Below, piece by piece: positions 57,014 through 64,000 of a stretch of DNA of 64,000 nt (positions within the stretch are counted from its first letter, which is position 1; each line of letters begins with the position of its first letter). A program made the position numbers and the translations under genes. Source of the stretch: Balanoglossus misakiensis (lineage: Eukaryota; Animalia; Hemichordata). The stretch is from positions 34,784 to 98,783 of the forward strand of contig JBECUI020000043.1 of NCBI GenBank assembly GCA_040954595.2. The letters are read 5' to 3'. A model generated the notes under the pieces. That model saw nothing but the letters and a program-made list of their open reading frames with translations. It did no database searches and was not told the DNA's origin.

Positions 57014-60000
57014 AGCGGTGACAGAATGTGTAGAGTGGAAGAAGACTTGCGAGTGCAAGAAAATTTCGATGTTGAAAGGGTAAGGATCAAATATGGTCAT
57101 TCGTTGTGGTGGAAAGACTGAGAGCGCCACCAACCATCACATATGGAGTTGCCTTTGTTTTTAAGTTATTACGTTCATCGTTCTCCATCAGTTGTTTCAT
57201 GTCCCATACCAGAAAAAGAAACTCAGTAAATCATCGTACCTTACTATTGACACCACAGGGAGTCTTACATACGTGAAAGCGTTTTAAAATGAAATTTTCA
57301 GACAGCATGAACACTAAGATGTAATATAACCTGAATATGCCTGGTCATCTCTCTGATTTTGGCCAATAATGCCATGTGACCAGTTGATCATTTCATTCAA
57401 TTAGTTGTTCCATTATTGAATTATTTCTTTCAGTACATGGGCGTCTGGTATGAAGTCGCTATGACAAACACTCCACTCTATCCCAATATTCCAAACACTT
57501 ATAAAACAATCCTAACACTGCATGAAGATGGACAAATCAATGTAACCATCTCAGGAGTTATACAGTAAGTTTCAAAAATATATATAGGGGTTTAGTCAGA
57601 CCATGAAAGGGTTAATATTAAATGTTTACAATATATCTTGCCATCATATATTGTGATCACTTCAATGGTAACCAACATCTGTTATGAACTTGCTCCCAAC
57701 AGAGGACATTCCTGCTATGATTTGACGTTGCATGGAAAAGCCAATTACGGCAATTCCAGTGAAACAGCAGCTAAGTGGCAGGTCAGCATGGATATCCCAC
57801 CAGGATTTGACATCGGAGATCATGGTAATGATTTACTTAACATGTTTCAAGCTCTATCTGTAACTTTTGACTATTTTATCAGAATTAATTTGTTACATTT
57901 CTATTCTTAGGCCCCTATTGGATCATGTCAACTGACTACGACAACTATGCTGTACTCTATGGATGCAATCGCGTTTTGGAAGATGGTACCTGTCATCAAG
58001 ATCACAACAGTATGTGGATCATGAGTCGAACACCGACTTTGGATCCATCACATCGTGCCAAGTTCGGACAGACAATTGCCAGTCTGTGTATTGATGTCAC
58101 AAGGATCCGAAGAACTCCCAAAAGTATGTGTTACTTCAATTAAAAAAATTCCCTCAATAATTCTGTCACACATTACAAATTTGTATCCGCAGCAAATACA
58201 ATACATAGAAATTGACAGCACTTACTTTTATCTTACAGTTGACTGTTGCAATGGAGATCCGACAGATCTGGTCACAGTTGGTAAGTCGCTGTAGTCATTC
58301 TCTGTATTCATTATAATTCTAAACAATTAAAATTATATAAATCTCTAATTTAGTAATCATACAAACAGTGGCAGCTCATGGGGCTTTGAATGCAATAATT
58401 TATTTTCATAGAATGATACTATCAGGACACATGAAAACCGGTTCTAAAAACTTTCTCTGCAGGTAACACCACATCAGATGGAAGACCTCCAATGCCTGGT
58501 GGTCACCATGGAAACAGTGGTGCTGGCAGTGGGCCAAGACAGTGTGCTGTTCCAACATTGCCAGTACAGACACTTGATATAGATCAGGTGTGTTGTCATT
58601 TCTGTTTGTACACAGTCTGCACATGGTCTATCACCAAAACTGTTCTAACCCACTTATACCTAGTTCTACCTCATGTTATGCAATCATATGGTCTCAGAAA
58701 GTAGTCAGTTTTGACTAAACTGTATTATTCCACTTACCACAGCGTGAATTATTCCAAACTGCCAAATTCTCACCAGGAAGATTCCTGTAACAATGTCTGC
58801 CATGATTTTTCAGTATATGGGTAAATGGTACGTAGTGGCCACATATCTTCCTGCTGGACTCCATATGCCCCATGATGTCATGTCTGAAGGGTTAGTCATG
58901 ACCAGACACCACGACAAGATAGTTGATATGAAAGCATTTGGCGTCAGCATGTAAGTTTGAGCATTTTCCATCATTTTTTGCATGATTACAGTTATCTGAG
59001 AACAGAGGAAAAGGAACAAAAAGCATTTAGATTTGTTATTTCAAGGAGACTTTTCATATTAAATTTTGGTAGTAAACTATAAAAAAACATGTAAAAATAT
59101 ATTATAGTTTTATATGAAGGTTAATAAATTTGTTCTATTTTATGTAATATTGCTCTTATTTGTTGTGCTCAGGAATGGTGTTTGCATTGGTAGAGAAGGC
59201 ACAGTTAAAGGAGAATTTATCAGTGAGACACAGGCACATTTCAGAGTCAAGATGCCCAACATGCGAATGAGTAAGATCAGGTTCTATTTGTACACTATCT
59301 TGTCTGTATTTCTACTTTGTATGTATGTATGTACGTACATACATATGTATACAAAGTATTTGGTTTGACTGGTCCGATACTAAGTGCTTGATACTATAGT
59401 AGAGCGGGATATAAAGTAAAGGTAGCTGGAGAAATGGTATGTGGTATAATCTCTACAACATTGTTTCACGAGTCACTGGACTCACTCATCAGGAGACTTA
59501 TGTGCGTGTTTTGGCTTTTTTTACTCTGCATGAATGCATCAATGATTCCAAATTAATAATTTCTAATTTGTGACATTGACACCCAATCTGTTTCTCTGCC
59601 ACAGCCATGCTACACAGAGTGGTCTACACAGATTACATTGATCATGCTGTAGCCTATGGATGCCATCAGCTCAACAGAGACATGACATGTGACCCTGGCC
59701 AGGCCATGGTGATGGTGTATGGAAGAAGACGAACTATTGCGGAAGGTGCTAAGAATCATGTGGCTGAATTAATGACAGAACTGTGTCTGAATCCAGATGA
59801 TCTAGAGTATAGGGATGCAGAAGGTATGACCAATAATGTGATAACAAATTTCTTTTACAATCAACATCCACAAAAAAGACTCAATCTAATAAAATCTGTT
59901 ATTAAACTAAAATGTGATTTAATTAATCCACATCTTTCAGTATTTACAGCATCAATTATAATATGTTTTATTTTATTCTGCAGGAGTCTGTCCAGAAACA

Positions 60001-63000
60001 GCTGACGGTGGGTACATGTTCTGTTTTGGAAATTGCAAGGATTTGTGCATTTTTTCAAGTTTGAATACTTTCAGAATGTTGATGAACATTATCACAAAAT
60101 CTGTGTCTTTTAATCAAATTTTCAGAGGGAATTAGCTGTCTACCAAACCAATATGAATGTGGCAATGGAGACTGCATAACAGATCAGTGGAAATGTGATC
60201 GAAAACCTGACTGTATAGATGGGTCTGATGAAACAACTGAATTGTGTGGTAAGGCTTTGTCTTTTTGGTTCACAAAAAAAATAAATTTGTTCAATATTTT
60301 TCTGTCTGTAATTCTTAATTTCATTGTATTGGAATCATTTTATTCTGTCTTTTAACAGGTGAACGCTGTGTCCTTGATGAAATACAGCTGATGGAAAATT
60401 TTGATCCAGAGAGGGTAAATATGCGAGCATTTTTCAGATTTATAGCTTAATCATACATCTAATGTTAGCTAAACAAGTGAAATTGATGATGTCCGTAGAA
60501 ATAACTGGTGGAATGTTTTTGTGTGTTCACTTCAGTTCCAAGGAGAGTGGTTTGAAATCGCACACAACTTCCCCGGAGAGATTTCACTGCCAGATGTACG
60601 ATCAATGATATTCAAAGTAAATGATGATGGAACTGTGACAGGAACCATGAATCAAATTAAAGTGTAAGTGCATTTGCTAACAACCAAAAAGTAAAATTAA
60701 GAAATCAAACAATTATGTATATACAGTGGTTTGACAAAAAAGACTCGCCATTAGATCTCATGCAAAATATGCCTAGTTCATCTGTAAATAACATGGCTTT
60801 GTAGTTTTCAAATTGTATTTTAGGAATATGAGTGTTTAATACGTTGCAATATTTTGTACATTAATTTCATGTAGAAATGGTGTATGCACAGGGCATGTGA
60901 TGGATGGTATCGGTACCTTTGATCCAACCACGCCAGCCAAAATTACATTCTCCTATCCTATGATTCCAAAGCACTATGGTGACTTCAGCAGTGGTGAGTT
61001 CAAAACAATCTAACAAAATCTTTTGTGGAATACCTTTTTTTTGTTTTGACTGAATTCGCCATGTAAACTGCAGCACCATCTAAAATGTGATTGTATATCT
61101 ATACACCCACAGTGGACTACTGGATTGTAGACACAGACTACGACTACCATGCTATAGTTTATCATTGCCACCAGCCAAATGATGACGGTACCTGCAACCC
61201 AGAACAGGAACTTGTATGGGTGTTAAGTAGACATGAAGAAATGCATCGTGGACACGATGCAATGGTCAACCAGTTGTTAAGAGACCGCATCTGCTTTTCA
61301 CGTGCTGCACTCAACGAAGACTTCGGTAAATAACCTAGCTGAGTAACCTAACTTCAACCCTTTCTCTATTTCCATGTGGTACAACCAACTGTTTAAGTGG
61401 TACATATAACTACAGTATAGATCCATGTAGAAATAGGAAGAAACATAGTAGAATGAAAGAAAATGGTAACCAACATCTAATCATTTTTGTTTCAAATCTG
61501 GCAGATCGTTGTCCTGCAACCTTAGTGCCACCTGTGCCACCAGGTCCAAGGCCACCCAAACCATGTAATACAGGTATGCTGCATAATAGTTCTTGAAGAG
61601 CATAAAGAACCTTAACCCGTTTACCACCATGGTTCACTCCAAATCCATTGTTTTCTATGGTAAGGTTGGACCTTTAAAATTATGTGTTGGACATAGAGAT
61701 TACAACTGAAAATTTTCATGTTTGTCATTGTATTTCTTTATGACTCCCCTTTCAGAGGAACCACAGCCTGCATGCACAGATGGAGAATTCCAATGTAACA
61801 ATGGTGAATGTATACCAAAAGCATGGAAGTGTGATGAAGATCCTGACTGTGGTGATGGTTCGGATGAAATGCCAGACATGTGTGGTGAGTGGCCTTAACC
61901 AACAGAAGTATTGTAGACTGCTACTGAATTTCTAACCCAACTTACTAATGACTGATCATCAATATTTAAACACATTTATTTGGCTCTCAGTGATACATGC
62001 AATTTCATGCAAACATTTGTTGACAAAATGGAAACTCAACAATTAACATTATTGCGTTTCATTGCAGATGACTCCACCAGACCATCACAGTGTATTGTAG
62101 ATGAGTTCAAGACAAAACGAAACTTCAGATTCTCAGAGGCAAGTAATGATGGCCTTGTGGTTTGAAAACTCAACTGTATGCATTCAATTTAAATTGAGAT
62201 TTGAGTATCTTACTTTATTTTTTTTATTGGCATCAATAGTTTGAAGGACAGTGGTATCCCGTAGCACAATTGAAAGGCCATAGATACATGAACGTTCCTG
62301 AAGTAAGTTCAATGACCTTTACATCTCAAGAAGACAGTGACCAATTTACCGTCACCCTGAGTGGAATCAGAGCGTAAGTTCATCATGTATATACCTTAAC
62401 CCTTTCACCACAGATTGTCCAATTAGAATATTCAATGTGTTTCAGTTTTTTTGTTTACAAGACGTTGTGCAACTCAGGAAGCCAAGCTAAAAGTTTACAA
62501 GAAAGTCAATACTATTTTAGATGTTTATCTATATCTAAGAATAATGTTTTTCCCCTACCTTGTTGTCACAGGGGACCACTTAACACTTGCACAGGGCAGA
62601 GCCTGAAGGGCTTTGGAACCACACTGATTGACCAGCCCGCTAAAATGCTTCTGAGCTTCCCAACAGCACCTCGGTCATTTGGAGAAACTGAAAATGGTAA
62701 GACAATCAATAAACATGATGTCCAGAATGAGTTACAACACAATAGGTTTTCTTCTTTGAAATAATTGTAAACTCATTTTATATCATTAATGTGAATTTTT
62801 TCAGTGCCACTGTGGATTATGAAGACAGATTATGAGAACTACGCCATCGGCTATCGATGTCTAGTCAAACGAAGCAATGGAAGATGTAAAAAAGAAAAAG
62901 AACAAGTGATGATATTGAGTCGTACAGGCTCCATCGAAGAAGACATGCGCGAACAGATAAATACATACATCATGCGTAATTTGTGTGTCAATCCAATCCA

Positions 63001-63897
63001 CGTTACTGACAATGCTGGTAAGTTAAGTATTACAGGCTATAAATTTCTGCTGAGATTAGAAGTCTGTATTATTGCCTTGTCATGAATACAGGTACAATTT
63101 TGAACTTTTGAGTCGCAACTACTTTATGAAGCCAGTTTTATACCCTTTTTGAAAGGCACCAATATTGACTTTCTATTTCATTATACACATATTGACTGGT
63201 CATGAGGGCAACAGCATACGTCTGTTTCCCTGAGGGACTGTAAGTCGCTCCAAAACAGTCTGCTTTATCAAGGCCGGTCTCTGTCACAGACGACATCACC
63301 ATATTACGGTGATGATATCATGACTAACTGACTACTGGGGTGTTAAATATCATTTTTGCCTTTTTAACAGAACCTTGTGAAAGTACATCAAATGAAGTTA
63401 TAGGTAGGTGCATAACTTCATATCCCATAGAAATTGATATAGACTAAATTCTCATTTTGTAAAAAAAATCTTACACAACAGTGATGATGATAGTTGTTGT
63501 TGTATTTCTCTTATTAGGAGGCGAGGATTCTGAAGAAGAACCAACAACACCAGGTATGAAATGATGTCTCAAAATGAGTTCAGTTTTTACAACCTTAACG
63601 TAAATGCCAAAATATACAACTAGAAATCAGTTTACTGCAGTGGTAAATGTTGTTTGATTTCTCATCATTGGCTCAGTTAAACATCAGAAACATTGTTCTG
63701 AAAGTACAGTAGTATGCAATATTATTTTGTGGTTTAATTTTGTATTTTTTAGGAGAGTCTAAGTGCCTGAAGCAGAAACAGGCAATTGAACATCGTTTAA
63801 AACGTGCAAAGGCACAAGGTATTGAGATAGCAGATTTGACACCACCATCTTGTGATAAAAATGGCAGATACAGAAGAAAACAGTGCAATCTTTTCTT
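54389..63897 (+). CDS. Secreted mosaic protein: signal peptide + 5 RBP4/purpurin-like lipocalin domains + 2 LDLa + thyroglobulin type-1 domain (3' end outside the window)
   Basis: Hand-built exons: 54389-54520, 55981-56105, 56202-56455, 56626-56838, 57009-57079, 57434-57564, 57703-57824, 57911-58123, 58239-58280, 58463-58587, 58814-58950, 59173-59270, 59605-59823, 59984-60007, 60126-60248, 60359-60414, 60536-60663, 60875-60993, 61113-61325, 61505-61573, 61756-61884, 62068-62138, 62240-62373, 62572-62696, 62805-63017, 63371-63403, 63518-63553, 63753-63897. Total 3500 nt, open frame, all phases compatible; introns GT-AG except one GC-AG. N-terminus [18 protein letters not shown] is a typical signal peptide. 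Confidence 0.9.
57028..58247 (+). CDS. Lipocalin domain 2 (RBP4-like)
   Basis: [17 protein letters not shown]|YMGVWYEVA; ETAAKWQV; [26 protein letters not shown]; MWIMSR; LCID...DCC. Confidence 0.93.
58543..59991 (+). CDS. Lipocalin domain 3 (divergent, His/Met-rich)
   Basis: [15 protein letters not shown]|YMGKWYVVA; [26 protein letters not shown]; VMVYGR; ELCLNP...GVC. Confidence 0.88.
59375..59500 (-). mobile_element. Probable short Penelope-like retroelement remnant in intron 12 of the lipocalin gene
   Basis: Inferred from the minimal type I hammerhead, a hallmark of Penelope-like element pLTRs. No RT or GIY-YIG ORF is present; boundaries are approximate. Confidence 0.5.
59448..59498 (-). 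ncRNA. Type I minimal hammerhead ribozyme (Penelope-like element type)
   Basis: Minus strand: AGUCUC [CUGAUGA] GUGAGUC-CAGU-GACUCGU [GAAA] CAA-UG-UUG [UA] GAGAUU. Intact catalytic core, 6-bp stem I, 7-bp stem II, very short stem III, GUA cleavage triplet. Confidence 0.85.
60126..60248 (+). CDS. LDL-receptor class A module 1 (single phase 1-1 exon)
   Basis: [37 protein letters not shown]: six Cys with the DC-x-DGSDE signature. Confidence 0.95.
60359..61513 (+). CDS. Lipocalin domain 4 (RBP4-like)
   Basis: [18 protein letters not shown]|FQGEWFEIA; [15 protein letters not shown]; [26 protein letters not shown]; VWVLSR; ICFS...DRC. Confidence 0.93.
61612..61673 (+). mobile_element. Possible piggyBac-type MITE end fragment (TTAACCC...); related ends at 62396-62407 (+) and 57604-57615 (-)
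   Basis: TTAACCCTTTCA at 62396, its exact reverse complement at 57604, and TTAACCCGTTTACCAC at 61612. TTAA followed by CCC is the piggyBac terminus signature. No complete element is seen. Confidence 0.35.
61756..61884 (+). CDS. LDL-receptor class A module 2 (single phase 1-1 exon)
   Basis: [37 protein letters not shown]. Confidence 0.96.
62068..63379 (+). CDS. Lipocalin domain 5 (RBP4-like)
   Basis: [16 protein letters not shown]|FEGQWYPVA; [10 protein letters not shown]; [26 protein letters not shown]; VMILSR; LCVNP...EPC. Confidence 0.91.
63753..63897 (+). CDS. Thyroglobulin type-1 domain, N-terminal exon (continues past the window)
   Basis: SKCLKQKQ...[17 protein letters not shown] fits C...P-x-C-x3-G-x-Y-x3-QC. 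The CWCV half is expected downstream and is not visible. Confidence 0.85.
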
Positions 63898-64000
63898 GTA
63901 AGTAGTGGGAATATTACGGGTATATTATATTACTGTGGGGAGTTGATAATATTAGTAGCTGAGATCATCCCTACATGTGGAAGTTGATTTTGTTTCTTTA

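Noticed and set aside
57604-62407. One large transposon bounded by TGAAAGGGTTAA and TTAACCCTTTCA
   Set aside because: The ends point outward rather than inward, and the interval contains host exons; they are independent fragments.
54389-63897. Cluster of five separate lipocalin genes
   Set aside because: There is only one signal peptide, no stop codons between domains, short introns, and linker exons join consecutive domains in frame.

Overview
Eukaryotic (animal) genomic DNA, most plausibly an invertebrate deuterostome such as a hemichordate (inference). Positions 1-4690 hold a two-subfamily tandem satellite (87-bp then 88-bp monomers) ending in a perfect 14-bp hairpin followed by (TACA)n(GAAA)n. 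A four-coding-exon LMO4 gene lies on the minus strand (CDS 31141->20231, 168 aa) within ~50 kb that has no other recognisable coding sequence, is CpG-rich and is dense in regulatory-type motifs. From 54389 to beyond the window end, a plus-strand gene reconstructs by hand into 28 phase-compatible exons (3500 nt, ~1166 aa so far). It encodes a signal peptide, five tandem RBP4/purpurin-type lipocalin domains, two LDL-receptor class A modules and the start of a thyroglobulin type-1 domain. This multi-RBP mosaic protein is the main candidate novelty. One of its introns carries an antisense Penelope-type minimal hammerhead ribozyme and another uses a GC donor. Most ORFs in the supplied track are spurious. 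All gene models were built by eye and have no transcript support.
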